A stretch of DNA of 64,000 nt from positions 64,001 through 128,000 of the IMG/VR virus record IMGVR_UViG_2522572155_000001. One strand, given 5' to 3'. The translations under genes were made by a program, and so were the position numbers. Origin of the DNA: a virus (lineage: Duplodnaviria; Caudoviricetes). Below the pieces are notes generated by a model, which was not told where the DNA came from, ran no database searches, and saw only the letters and a list, made by a program, of their open reading frames with translations. Below are positions 43,318-53,056 of the stretch, one piece after another (position 1 is the stretch's first letter; every line of letters begins with the position of its first letter).

Positions 43318-45716
43318 CAGACTGTCTTGGTGACGACCATGCGGTCACCGTGGTAGAAATGAACGGTCATCGCGATCGTGTACGTGCTCGGGATCGCGTA
43401 CGTGTGAGACGCCTGGAGACCGTAATCGATGGCGCCGTCGCCCCAGTCCCATTCGACCAGGCTGACGTTGGCCAGCAGGGCCGAACCGCCGAGGCCCTTT
43501 ACTGCCGTGACGATGGCTGCGAGATCGTCGGTATCGATGGTGAAGTCCACGTCGAACGTGTACGTGGTCCCTACAGGGTCTCCAATGTCCGTCCAAACGA
43601 GGCGGCCCGGCTGCGCGTACTGCGGAATGATCTTCACCGAGGTGAGAGAAGCATCCTGGCGGTTAGCGATGCACCGTGCCCGTAGCTCGAATCCCGGCTG
43701 ATCGAAAAGCACACCACCGGTCTGCGAGTTCGTTACATCGCGCAGCGGCAGCCAATCGGCCGTGTTGTCGCCCCAAGGGTCGAGCGGTGTCGCGCGTGCC
43801 GACCACTCCAGCGGAACGTGAGAGATCGAGAAGTTGGCGACGTAGAACACCGCGTCACTCCCCGTGCTCAGCGCGACGATATTGTTGCCAGGCAGCACGG
43901 ACGCGATCTCGGAGAGGTCGAACTCAAGCGTGTGCCAGCGGTCAACCGGAACCCGTCCGACGTTGAGCGGGGTACTGTGTGCGACGCTGCTGAAGTGACG
44001 CAGGCGCTCATACGTCACCGCTAGCTCGGCCCCCGCCTCTGCCGCCGCGCTCGGAATGAATACATCGACGCTCACGCGGGTGTGCCTGAGCGAGTGGGTG
44101 GAGAAGAAGTTCGAGCGAACGCGGCCCAGCGCCGTCGTCGGCTTGATCGCGAATGCATTGTCTCCCCGGTCGGGAGCGGCGATCACGTCAGCATTCTCTC
44201 CGACGTACCCGGTGAATAGCTCGCGAGTGGCGCTACCACCGAAGAACACCTGGGCGCCAGATACGGGTGAGATCGACCGGAGTGGCTGCGAGCGATACTC
44301 CGCGAAGTTGACGGAGTAGGGAATGATGTCCTGGATGAAGGCGTCGCCGTCAACGAAGTTGGCGTACACGCCGACACGCCCACTCCGGCGACGGAGGACC
44401 GAGCCGTCTGTGAGCACGGTCGAGTCAAAGAGTGTTGCGGCGTCCTCTAGTCTCTCTGTATCGGACGAGAGGACGCGCACTCGGATGGACTCCTCCTCTA
44501 GCTCGACGGTCAAGATGTAGCGTGTATCGTCCGTGCCGTTCAGCGGTGGTAGAGTGAACTGCGGGAAGGGATAGACGTTACCGTCCGTGTCACGCACCTC
44601 GACGTTAGCGAGGTGGGCGGCATCCCATACGAGCGTGGACTGAATCCACGCTGCGGTGAACAGGTCCGGCTTGGCGTCAAGCGCCCATTGGAACTGATCG
44701 TCAAGCAGTGACTGCGCAAGCCCTTCGAGGTCGCGCTGCGTCTTGGCGCTGTACTTCGCCACGCCGTAGTCGGGCTGCGCCCCAGCCGCGTCAAGCTCGG
44801 CCATCGTGACACCGTTGAGGTCAAGCATGATCTCGTTGTCGAATGACCCCTCACGCATGTAGACGCGAATCTCGCCAGGGCTATTCATGCGCCCGGGGGA
44901 GAACAGGATCGCTTCGGACACATCGATGGGCTTCGGGTCGTCGGCGCCCGCCCGACCGTCAGAACGGAACAGGATGGGGAAGTTGGTCGGGACGAGCGGA
45001 TCGATGATGGATGACTGGGGGAACGGATATGAGCTTCCCAGTACTAGGCCCGACTTGGGAACAGGATTCATCATCGCCCGGAAGAGCGTGTTGATGTCGA
45101 GCGGGGCACCCATCCAATCCGGGCTAAGGAGACGGATGGCGGCGAACTTGAAGAACGTCGAGGCGGTTCCGAACATGCCGATCCGTACTCCCGTGATGGT
45201 CCCACTCAGAGGAGCGAGGACGGAAATCGGCCATTCGATGATCTGGTTGACGGCGGCACTGCCCTGAGGGTAGGACGCGGTATTGAGGAAGAGCTTGACG
45301 GTCGGACCAATTGAGAAGCTGCCGCCTGCGGCCGCAGTTAGCTCAATGTATGACGCAGCATGGTCGATGACCGCGTCGTCCCAGCTAGGCGCGTCGAGCG
45401 TTAGCTTCCAGTCGTCTCCCACCGAAGCGATGTCCACCGGCCGATTTGAGATCGACGTGGCGATATTGCCGGTCGGAGCAGTCGGGAGGTTGAGGAGTAC
45501 GCTGTCCGTGCCATTGAAGAGTGAGCCTGCCGCAGAGAACGTCCAGTTCTCCTGCCAATAGTTCGCGCTCTGCGACATGAAGCAGCGGATGTCGATGTGC
45601 TGCTGCTTGCGAAGCTGCGCGCGCTGGGCTGCGTCGTAGCAGTCGTACCCAACGAGCGTGCCGGTCGGGTGGTCGAAGTGGTCGGCAATCGGTACCTCGC
45701 GTGCGCTAAGCATCAA
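43317..45716 (-). CDS. Minor tail/baseplate protein with C-terminal PKD domain
   Basis: 799 aa; WDWGDG...SHTYAIPSTYTI. Confidence 0.7.
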   Translation of the reverse strand: MMLSAREVPIADHFDHPTGTLVGYDCYDAAQRAQLRKQQHIDIRCFMSQSANYWQENWTFSAAGSLFNGTDSVLLNLPTAPTGNIATSISNRPVDIASVGDDWKLTLDAPSWDDAVIDHAASYIELTAAAGGSFSIGPTVKLFLNTASYPQGSAAVNQIIEWPISVLAPLSGTITGVRIGMFGTASTFFKFAAIRLLSPDWMGAPLDINTLFRAMMNPVPKSGLVLGSSYPFPQSSIIDPLVPTNFPILFRSDGRAGADDPKPIDVSEAILFSPGRMNSPGEIRVYMREGSFDNEIMLDLNGVTMAELDAAGAQPDYGVAKYSAKTQRDLEGLAQSLLDDQFQWALDAKPDLFTAAWIQSTLVWDAAHLANVEVRDTDGNVYPFPQFTLPPLNGTDDTRYILTVELEEESIRVRVLSSDTERLEDAATLFDSTVLTDGSVLRRRSGRVGVYANFVDGDAFIQDIIPYSVNFAEYRSQPLRSISPVSGAQVFFGGSATRELFTGYVGENADVIAAPDRGDNAFAIKPTTALGRVRSNFFSTHSLRHTRVSVDVFIPSAAAEAGAELAVTYERLRHFSSVAHSTPLNVGRVPVDRWHTLEFDLSEIASVLPGNNIVALSTGSDAVFYVANFSISHVPLEWSARATPLDPWGDNTADWLPLRDVTNSQTGGVLFDQPGFELRARCIANRQDASLTSVKIIPQYAQPGRLVWTDIGDPVGTTYTFDVDFTIDTDDLAAIVTAVKGLGGSALLANVSLVEWDWGDGAIDYGLQASHTYAIPSTYTIAMTVHFYHGDRMVVTKTV

Positions 45717-47347
45717 ACATTCACCACCGGGGGATCGCCAACAATGAAGTCGTTGCGCTCGGCGTTGACGAAGTCGCCCATATGCTCCATGTACATGGCG
45801 GTGTCGCTCTCGACGGAGTAGTTCTCGCGGGTGAACGCGATCTCATTGATTCCGACGAAGTACGCACGATCCTGGTCTAGTACCGCAGAGACCTCGCGAT
45901 ACCGGTGGCGGCACGCGACAAAGAAGTACATCACCGGGAAGGTCTGCTCGAAGATCACCGCCTCGCGGTCCAGCGATGACACCGCTGTGCTGACGGCCGA
46001 CGTGGGGGGCAGCGTTTCAACCGGATAGGAGCCCGGCGTCGAAAGAGCAGTGAGCGCTACCTCCCCGAGGAGGTTGCGCGCGACGTTCCGCACGGCGGGG
46101 TCGGAGAGGTACGGCCTCATGGCGACGCTAATGAGCGCCTGTGTCTGCGGATCGACCAGGTTGGTCAGGTCAGATGTGAGGAACGGCTGCACGCGTGCGG
46201 CGTCATCGGGCGACGTGAATCCCGGTCCGTCCGGCGACTGGAGGAGATCGTCCCGGTAGTAGCGGAACGCGAGGTCGTAGGCGTTGAAGGTGACGCGCTT
46301 CTGGTTAGCAACGAAGGCAGCGCTGGAGGACGGCCGTGCCGCCTCGGTGAGGACGAGGAAGTAGTCGAGCACCCACGCTGGGTGCTTCTTGTACGTCAGT
46401 GGCTTCTGGAAGGCTCCGGGGGAGTAGGACTTTGCCTGGAGGTGAGAGAACTCGACCTTGATGAACTTGGCCTTGACCGGCGTGGGCAGGACGAAGGTGT
46501 CTCGCGTAGTCATCTTGTACGACTTCGGGATAGGGGTCCAGATGCGCTCTTCCCAGGAGGTATCGTCTGCGCCAGGCTCGCCATCATCGGAGTAGTACAG
46601 GTGGACCCATACGTTGGGCGTAATGGGGTCTAGAAGCACACGGTCAACGACCTGAGGGCGCCCAAACGAATCGCGCATGTCGAAATAGCGTGAGACAACG
46701 GCGAACTGCGAGGGCTGTGGGGAGGAGAGCCAGTATCCGTCGAGCGAGGAGGTCGGGTCGGATTCAGCGGCGGCCTTGACGATGGCGACGGAACGGTAGG
46801 TGTTCCCGAGGAAGTCGGTGCCGGAATCCGTCACGCCCGCGAGGATGCGGTACATGAACGAGTACTGGCGCCCAGCGTCTACGAGCGGGGTACTGCCGTC
46901 TGCGCCGAGTGCCACGCCGCTGTTATCGGGGTTAGGGCACGTGTACCAAAAGCGGGCAATTCCCGAGACGATGATGAAGGAGATGCGGAACTCGTCATCT
47001 AGCTTGTCGTCTACGGGGATTGGATGGTCCGCGAGGCACGTCATCCACACTTCGTTGCCAATCGTCGGTGCGCCCGTAGTGAGCCCACTGGCGAGTGCGA
47101 TCCACGTGGCAGACGTAGACGGCCGGTGTTCGACGGTCCAGGACAGACGTGCGTCTGCGGCGGCAATCCCAACGAATAGCTGGAAGCCCGTGAGAGCCGG
47201 GACGACGCTCTCTCGTACGTAGTCAGGCGGGAGCCTGAAGGTCTGGTACTTGCGCGTCGTGGTGTCGATGTGGCTGCTGCCGTTCTCGTAGACTGCGTTC
47301 TGGTTGATGACGACACCGCTGTAATAGCGGTTGAGAAGATCGGTCAT
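45713..47347 (-). CDS. Minor tail/baseplate protein
   Basis: 544 aa; discoidin-like segment; tail operon. Confidence 0.65.
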   Translation of the reverse strand: MTDLLNRYYSGVVINQNAVYENGSSHIDTTTRKYQTFRLPPDYVRESVVPALTGFQLFVGIAAADARLSWTVEHRPSTSATWIALASGLTTGAPTIGNEVWMTCLADHPIPVDDKLDDEFRISFIIVSGIARFWYTCPNPDNSGVALGADGSTPLVDAGRQYSFMYRILAGVTDSGTDFLGNTYRSVAIVKAAAESDPTSSLDGYWLSSPQPSQFAVVSRYFDMRDSFGRPQVVDRVLLDPITPNVWVHLYYSDDGEPGADDTSWEERIWTPIPKSYKMTTRDTFVLPTPVKAKFIKVEFSHLQAKSYSPGAFQKPLTYKKHPAWVLDYFLVLTEAARPSSSAAFVANQKRVTFNAYDLAFRYYRDDLLQSPDGPGFTSPDDAARVQPFLTSDLTNLVDPQTQALISVAMRPYLSDPAVRNVARNLLGEVALTALSTPGSYPVETLPPTSAVSTAVSSLDREAVIFEQTFPVMYFFVACRHRYREVSAVLDQDRAYFVGINEIAFTRENYSVESDTAMYMEHMGDFVNAERNDFIVGDPPVVNV

Positions 47348-49330
47348 TTAGTTGCTCACGTTGCGCCCGAGCCGGAGGTTGCGCACCTCGACGCTCCAGG
47401 GTGCGGACACCCGCGTCACTGGGTTCAGCAGGAATGGCCGAGTCGGTGTGACGACTCGGTCGAGCTTGATACGAACGAAGCGCGTATAGAAGGGTTCGCC
47501 TCTTACGTCTGAGAAGTTGAACTCCAGGTAGGTCCATCCGCTAGCGGAGGCCGACACCTGATCCGGGTAGTCGATGCCACCCACCGGGCTGACGGACACG
47601 AACTTGCGGCGCGGGTGCTGATCGAGTATGTCTACGGCTACCTCGATCTGCATTGGCTTCGTCAGCGTCTCGAAGCCGATGAAGTTGACTACTTGTACCG
47701 TGCCCAGGTCGAGTTCGAGGTACTCGGCTCCGGCGATGCGCTCTACCGATGACCAGTACTGCTCGTCCTTGTAGATGATCTGGCGAGTGCCAGGCAGACT
47801 GGCGTAGGAGGCGTCATAGATTCCGTTGACGAGGCCGCCTGCGCCCATGATGGGCTGCTCGGGATAGTCCGCGAGTGCCCGGTCTGAGGTATACCTGATA
47901 CCTGCGTCGGCGCCCAGCATGGGGTAGATCGCGCGCTGGTCGGGGCCGAAGGGGCCGATGTGCTCAGAGACGTAGAGAGCGGTGCTCGTGCGATCGGCCT
48001 CGTAGTTGGCGTCATCGAGCGCGGCCTGGCCGTAGGCGACCGTGGACACCACGTCATGGAATCCACGGTAGTGCTGGGCGTCGGATCCGTAGGCGCGCGG
48101 AGCCTGCTTCTCCTTGCCTCCCTCGATCCAGCCACTGGACGGCCACGGAACCGCGTGGAGGCCATTCACGAACCGTAGTACCTCCGTGAACTCGGAGGAC
48201 GCGAAGTCCGTCAGCGGGGCCTGGCGCTGGCGCGTGCCCGAGCCGGAAGACACTGTTGGGATCATCGTGACCGGCTTGATGCGGTCGAGCGCCTGCTGAA
48301 GGTGGTAGAGGTCACGTGGCGGGATGTCCACGACCTCTTCCGTGGCGTCCACGCCGCCGTGGAGCGTCTTGATGACGACTGCGGGGTTCAGGCCGCCGCT
48401 GAGTGTCTTGGATTCGACGGTGAGCGGCAACGTGTCCTGACGTGCGAGCTTGCCCTGAAAGGTCACCGTCCAGGGGATGTCGGGGCCGGGGCCGCCGGTT
48501 ACCCGCACGTTTCCCTCTCCGATATCAGGGATCGCCTCTAGGGCCTCCTGGACGCCGAGTGTGTCGAGCGCTGGGTTCTCCGGATCGGTGAGGTCCCAGG
48601 AGGAGATGGCCGGGGCGTTCCATGGCACGTTGCGACGGGTGACGTTCGACGTGATGCGACCGTTGTAGCTAAAGATGATGGCGCCACTCGTGGGTCCGCC
48701 GACGATCTTGATCTCTTGGACCTCGGAGGTGCTGATCTCCTGGCGCGGGATAACGATCATCTCTTCCGTCGAGACGGTCTTGCCGAAGCTGCGGAAGCCC
48801 ACGGGCCGGTCGGTGTGAACGTCGTAGAGGTACTTGTAGTTCTCCACAATCTCCACGTCGTGCCCGAGCCCGGCACGTGCGACCAACTGCATACCCTGCG
48901 GAGAGTTCCCGAGTCGCGCGCCGCCGAGGAAGTCCAGCGCGCGGCTGCGGTAGGCAGCGTCGCGGGCAGTGATCTGCGCTCGTGCGTCGGAGTCGGCGGC
49001 GTCGGCGGTGTCGTACTCCTCTTCGAGGATGCGGCCGAAGCCGAGAGGGTTGCCGAAGAATGCGTCGAGGTCGAAGAGTTCGAGCCCCATCTCCTCTAGC
49101 TTCAGCCGGGCCTTGAGGTAGTTGTCGCTCAGCGACCCTACGCCCGAGGGACCCAGGAGTGCGTAAATGAATCGTAGGAGGTGGGATTCTGGCGACTTGT
49201 GATAGAGGCCGTCCGGGAAGCGGTTGAGCAGGCCGACAGGGTTCTCCGCGCCTCCGAGCGCTTCAACGATGAACTGCTGGGGGATGACGGCGCTGATCTG
49301 CGGCGCAGATGTCAGTGTCTCATCAGCCAT
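47348..49330 (-). CDS. Baseplate wedge protein
   Basis: 660 aa; follows baseplate J. Confidence 0.65.
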   Translation of the reverse strand: MADETLTSAPQISAVIPQQFIVEALGGAENPVGLLNRFPDGLYHKSPESHLLRFIYALLGPSGVGSLSDNYLKARLKLEEMGLELFDLDAFFGNPLGFGRILEEEYDTADAADSDARAQITARDAAYRSRALDFLGGARLGNSPQGMQLVARAGLGHDVEIVENYKYLYDVHTDRPVGFRSFGKTVSTEEMIVIPRQEISTSEVQEIKIVGGPTSGAIIFSYNGRITSNVTRRNVPWNAPAISSWDLTDPENPALDTLGVQEALEAIPDIGEGNVRVTGGPGPDIPWTVTFQGKLARQDTLPLTVESKTLSGGLNPAVVIKTLHGGVDATEEVVDIPPRDLYHLQQALDRIKPVTMIPTVSSGSGTRQRQAPLTDFASSEFTEVLRFVNGLHAVPWPSSGWIEGGKEKQAPRAYGSDAQHYRGFHDVVSTVAYGQAALDDANYEADRTSTALYVSEHIGPFGPDQRAIYPMLGADAGIRYTSDRALADYPEQPIMGAGGLVNGIYDASYASLPGTRQIIYKDEQYWSSVERIAGAEYLELDLGTVQVVNFIGFETLTKPMQIEVAVDILDQHPRRKFVSVSPVGGIDYPDQVSASASGWTYLEFNFSDVRGEPFYTRFVRIKLDRVVTPTRPFLLNPVTRVSAPWSVEVRNLRLGRNVSN

Positions 49331-51660
49331 TAGAAGCTCCAGGTGTTCTGCGCCTTAGCCCTGATGATGAGGCCGGGTACCGAGTCGCCTGGGACGGCCT
49401 GCTCAGGCAGGGACGGAAGTTCATCATCTGCGAGGAAGAAATCTGAGTCATGGGTGTACACGCCGCCGACGAAAGTGGTGCTCTTCAAGCGCAGCTTCGG
49501 TCGGACTCCATTGGCGCTATAGGTAATGACCCACGGAATCGTGGCCACGCCTGAGCCCTGGACATCGAGCATAGTGTCGCCGGTGAGGGTTCGGAGTGCG
49601 TCCCGAAGGGTCGGATTAGAGACGATGACGCCCAATGTCGTCGTCGCGCCCGTGTCGGTGCGCTCGATCGTCCACTCCCCCGACTGCGGCGTGCCGGTGA
49701 AGTACCAGCTAAGCTGCTCCATCCGTGAGGCATTGCCCAGTACGACGGTATCCATGAGCACACTCGTGCGCTGAGTGCCATCGACGTTGCAGCCCGCAAC
49801 GCGGTAGTTGGACGGTGCGTGCACCGCGTCGGCCGACCAGCGCACGTTGTCCACGGCGGGGACGTTGTGAATTGCCTGGAGGAGGTCGGATAGCTGGATG
49901 GCGGTGCCGAAGTACTGACTCTTGAAGTACGCCTGCACAGCGTCGCGGATCGCGAGATTTGTTGCTGCCACGCTCGCCCCCGGTCCGTACATGACGGCGA
50001 TATCGAGCTTGAAGTAGCGCGTAGTCGCCTTGTGCGCGAGCACGTCCGTGGTCGTCTGTCGGGAGCCGTCCACCGTCGCCTGAAGGTCATAGATGTTCTT
50101 GTCGTATGCGTACTGTGCGACCGTGACGCTCGGCTCGGTGTTCAGCGCGACGACCGGTCCAGTCCACATCGTCGGGGAATCCGGATCGTCGTCGGCAGCC
50201 TGACCGGGCAGGTACTTATCCCATTCGATGCCATTGCGGGCTCGTACGGTGCCACGAAGCTCGGAGACATCCTCTACGAGCCAGTAGTGAAGGTCGCGAT
50301 AGTAGATGGTGCTGCCGATCTTGATGCTGTCGGGAATGTCTGCCACGGGCTGGAGGAACAGCGGCGTGAAGAGGTTCCCCAGCATCGGGCGATGTTCCAC
50401 TTCACCCACACGGCGATAGTTCTCGCGGTAGTACGGATGGTTGGGGTCCGCTGTGAAGGTGTTGAGCGGGTTCGGAATGCCGATCACGCAGTCCGCGAGC
50501 GTGGCATTTCCTCCATCTACGAAGATGTCAACCGCATTGGTGATGTTTCGCTCGTAGTCGTTACGTGAAGAGGTCGACAGATAGGAGTGTTCGAACAGCA
50601 CCACGTCGCCGGGCCGCACACCCTGGATCGAAGCATCGGCGGACGGGTCGATCACATTCAGGAATGTGATGCTCGGGCGGAAGCGGTTGCCCGGAAACAA
50701 CGGGTCGAGTGTCAGGTCGTACTCGGGCACCTCATCGAAGAAGCGCCAGGCGTCCCCTCGGTTCTTGTCATCGGGGTCGACGTTGAGTCTGAAGTCGGTT
50801 ACCTCGCGATAGAAGAGGGCTTCGGCGCCGAGCTTCCCGTTGGAGACAAAGTACGGAACCTGAGTGTAGGTGTACTTCGAGAAGGGCACGGTCGACATCG
50901 CCGTGGTCCACGTCCCTGTCATCGGGAACGGCGGCGGGTCGCCAGCGTAGGTTGCGTCGTCCGGGACGGGGACCTGGATGTACTCGCGGTAGCGAGAGAT
51001 CGGGCCTACGACGTTTGCCTTGGTGGAGTACGGCGTGGCAATCGCGAGCGCGAGGTACTGATCGGTCGTGCCCGAGACGTTGCGGAAGACGGTGTTCTTG
51101 AATCGTGCCTTGAGTTCATCGTCGGACTCCTGATCTAGACCGCCGGAAGTGGGGACGGTATTGAATACCCCGTCGAATCCGACACCATTGACGTACTGTG
51201 TGATCGCCTGCGCGGCCACGTTACCGAGGGCACCCGGCACTAGCGCCTGGATCGGAGCGACCACGGAAGTCTCGCCCATACGGATCGTTACGTCGAACGT
51301 AGTCTGGAAAAAGACATCGGCGGCGTCGAGTGACGCGACGACCCTCTGACCGGCGGGGATCCGGATATCCGTGAGCGCGGGTTGCGACCGGCTGAACGTC
51401 ACAAAGCCGGTCGCGGCGACAGCGGACTGACGCCCGAAGTTGAAGATCGCCAGGAACTTGTCGAGGCTACTTCCGATCTTGGAGTCAATGTCGAGCCCGC
51501 CGGAGAGCGCGGTAAGGTCGATGGTGCTGTCCGCGATCTTCTGCGCGAACGCATCGATCAGCAGGCGCTCGGGCGTGCCGATCTCTGCGGAGATTGCCGG
51601 ATCGAGAACCTTTAGCTGGTTGACGATCTGTAGTGCGATGTCTCGGGAGGTTACGGCCAT
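49330..51660 (-). CDS. Baseplate J-like protein
   Basis: ATGFVTFSR, IPAG, GALGNV, GGLDQESDDELKAR. Confidence 0.88.
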   Translation of the reverse strand: MAVTSRDIALQIVNQLKVLDPAISAEIGTPERLLIDAFAQKIADSTIDLTALSGGLDIDSKIGSSLDKFLAIFNFGRQSAVAATGFVTFSRSQPALTDIRIPAGQRVVASLDAADVFFQTTFDVTIRMGETSVVAPIQALVPGALGNVAAQAITQYVNGVGFDGVFNTVPTSGGLDQESDDELKARFKNTVFRNVSGTTDQYLALAIATPYSTKANVVGPISRYREYIQVPVPDDATYAGDPPPFPMTGTWTTAMSTVPFSKYTYTQVPYFVSNGKLGAEALFYREVTDFRLNVDPDDKNRGDAWRFFDEVPEYDLTLDPLFPGNRFRPSITFLNVIDPSADASIQGVRPGDVVLFEHSYLSTSSRNDYERNITNAVDIFVDGGNATLADCVIGIPNPLNTFTADPNHPYYRENYRRVGEVEHRPMLGNLFTPLFLQPVADIPDSIKIGSTIYYRDLHYWLVEDVSELRGTVRARNGIEWDKYLPGQAADDDPDSPTMWTGPVVALNTEPSVTVAQYAYDKNIYDLQATVDGSRQTTTDVLAHKATTRYFKLDIAVMYGPGASVAATNLAIRDAVQAYFKSQYFGTAIQLSDLLQAIHNVPAVDNVRWSADAVHAPSNYRVAGCNVDGTQRTSVLMDTVVLGNASRMEQLSWYFTGTPQSGEWTIERTDTGATTTLGVIVSNPTLRDALRTLTGDTMLDVQGSGVATIPWVITYSANGVRPKLRLKSTTFVGGVYTHDSDFFLADDELPSLPEQAVPGDSVPGLIIRAKAQNTWSF

Positions 51661-52142
51661 TAGCGAGCTACCAGTGAGTTGTCAGAGATGGGCAGTGCTA
51701 CGTCAACGGTGTCGCCGCTACCGGTAGCGAGGGTGACGAGGACTGCGAGGGTGGTGGACGTCTGGATGGCCCGCACGCCCGACACCCCTACTAGGATTTC
51801 GGAGGCGGTAAGGGTGGACTTGGAGTACCTCTGCCTCTCCTCCTTGATCCGCCGTAGCTGGCGGTTCTGAAAGTACTCAGCGATGCGACGGATCTCCGTC
51901 TCGATCACCGCTAGCGCCAACTGGGTGTCCGTCGCCCCAATCACGCCGGGGACTGCGCGTCCGTCAGGAGTGACGCCGCCGTCAATGAGCGAGCCCCAGC
52001 CCGGATGCATAGGGTCGCTTCCCATCTCGGTGAGCACGGCGCAGCGGAAGTCCTGCACGAGCTTGGCCTGGCCAGTGACCTTGCCAAGCTGCGCGCCCTG
52101 AACATCAAAGTCGCCGTTACGTAGGAATAGGCTCCAAGTCAT
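51660..52142 (-). CDS. Baseplate wedge/sheath initiator (gp25-like)
   Basis: KLVQD...TEMGSDPMHPGWGS; upstream of baseplate J. Confidence 0.75.
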   Translation of the reverse strand: MTWSLFLRNGDFDVQGAQLGKVTGQAKLVQDFRCAVLTEMGSDPMHPGWGSLIDGGVTPDGRAVPGVIGATDTQLALAVIETEIRRIAEYFQNRQLRRIKEERQRYSKSTLTASEILVGVSGVRAIQTSTTLAVLVTLATGSGDTVDVALPISDNSLVAR

Positions 52143-52189
52143 CGTCTCCTATTACGGAGAGATGGCGCCCGGTACCTAGGTGAACTGCC

Positions 52190-53056
52190 TCATCCCGCGA
52201 AGACGAACCAGCGCACGGCAACAGACGGGGGCGTGTTGTCGTGCGTTTCGGTCGCGTCCGCCTCGGTCTGCAAGGGGATGGGATGTCTATGGTCGATGGT
52301 GGCGTCGTTGAGCGGAGCGGTCGTAGAACCGAATGCACCACCGCCGACCGTGAGGTTGACGGCGTTCGGATATCCGGTGCCGGAGCCGATCGTCTGACCA
52401 TTGCCTGCCGTTGCGTGGTTATGCGTCTTATTGACGGTCATCAACTCGCTGAACCCGCCATGGTCGTGCTCCCGGAGTCCCGACTGCGCGGCCGTCAGGC
52501 CCACGGCCTCCACGCCCCACTTGTCGCCCGGGAGGCGCTCAGTGAGACCTGGTCCGGTACCGGCGCCCGCTACAGCGCGCCCCTGAGTATCAGGAACACG
52601 CGGATTGCCCGAGTCATCGCTTCCATGCGGGTTGCCGTCCGCGATCAGCTTTGCGCGCAGGAGCGGGTGCTTATCTGTGACACCATCCCCATTGCAAGGC
52701 AGCCATCTGTCGTTGGGCGCGCTCACCGCCGACGACACCATCTGGCCGACGAAGAGTCCCACCGCCTCGGTTAGGAACCTCCTTCCTTGACCGTCGAACA
52801 CCTCATCCGCGTCGATCTTCGCCTCTCCGGGCTGCAAGTCCTGGATGGAGTGTCCCTCGGCGTCCTCGATCCTATTGCCGAGGCGCCATACCCCGCGCGT
52901 GCGCGTCACACCCCACGTCTCCGCGAGCTTCGGCCATACGAATACGCCCGGTAGTTCCCACACGATGATCTGGATGACGGACCCGTCCTTCAGCGTTCCC
53001 TCGATCTTGCGGGTGGCTGGGTCACAGGTAACGATGCGCGCAAACGCGGTGTCCAT
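52190..53056 (-). CDS. Baseplate spike-like protein fused to tail collar domain
   Basis: Start ATG 53056; WLPCNG...VPDTQGR..AGAG, HDH/HNH/HRH, HDNTPP. Confidence 0.7.
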   Translation of the reverse strand: MDTAFARIVTCDPATRKIEGTLKDGSVIQIIVWELPGVFVWPKLAETWGVTRTRGVWRLGNRIEDAEGHSIQDLQPGEAKIDADEVFDGQGRRFLTEAVGLFVGQMVSSAVSAPNDRWLPCNGDGVTDKHPLLRAKLIADGNPHGSDDSGNPRVPDTQGRAVAGAGTGPGLTERLPGDKWGVEAVGLTAAQSGLREHDHGGFSELMTVNKTHNHATAGNGQTIGSGTGYPNAVNLTVGGGAFGSTTAPLNDATIDHRHPIPLQTEADATETHDNTPPSVAVRWFVFAG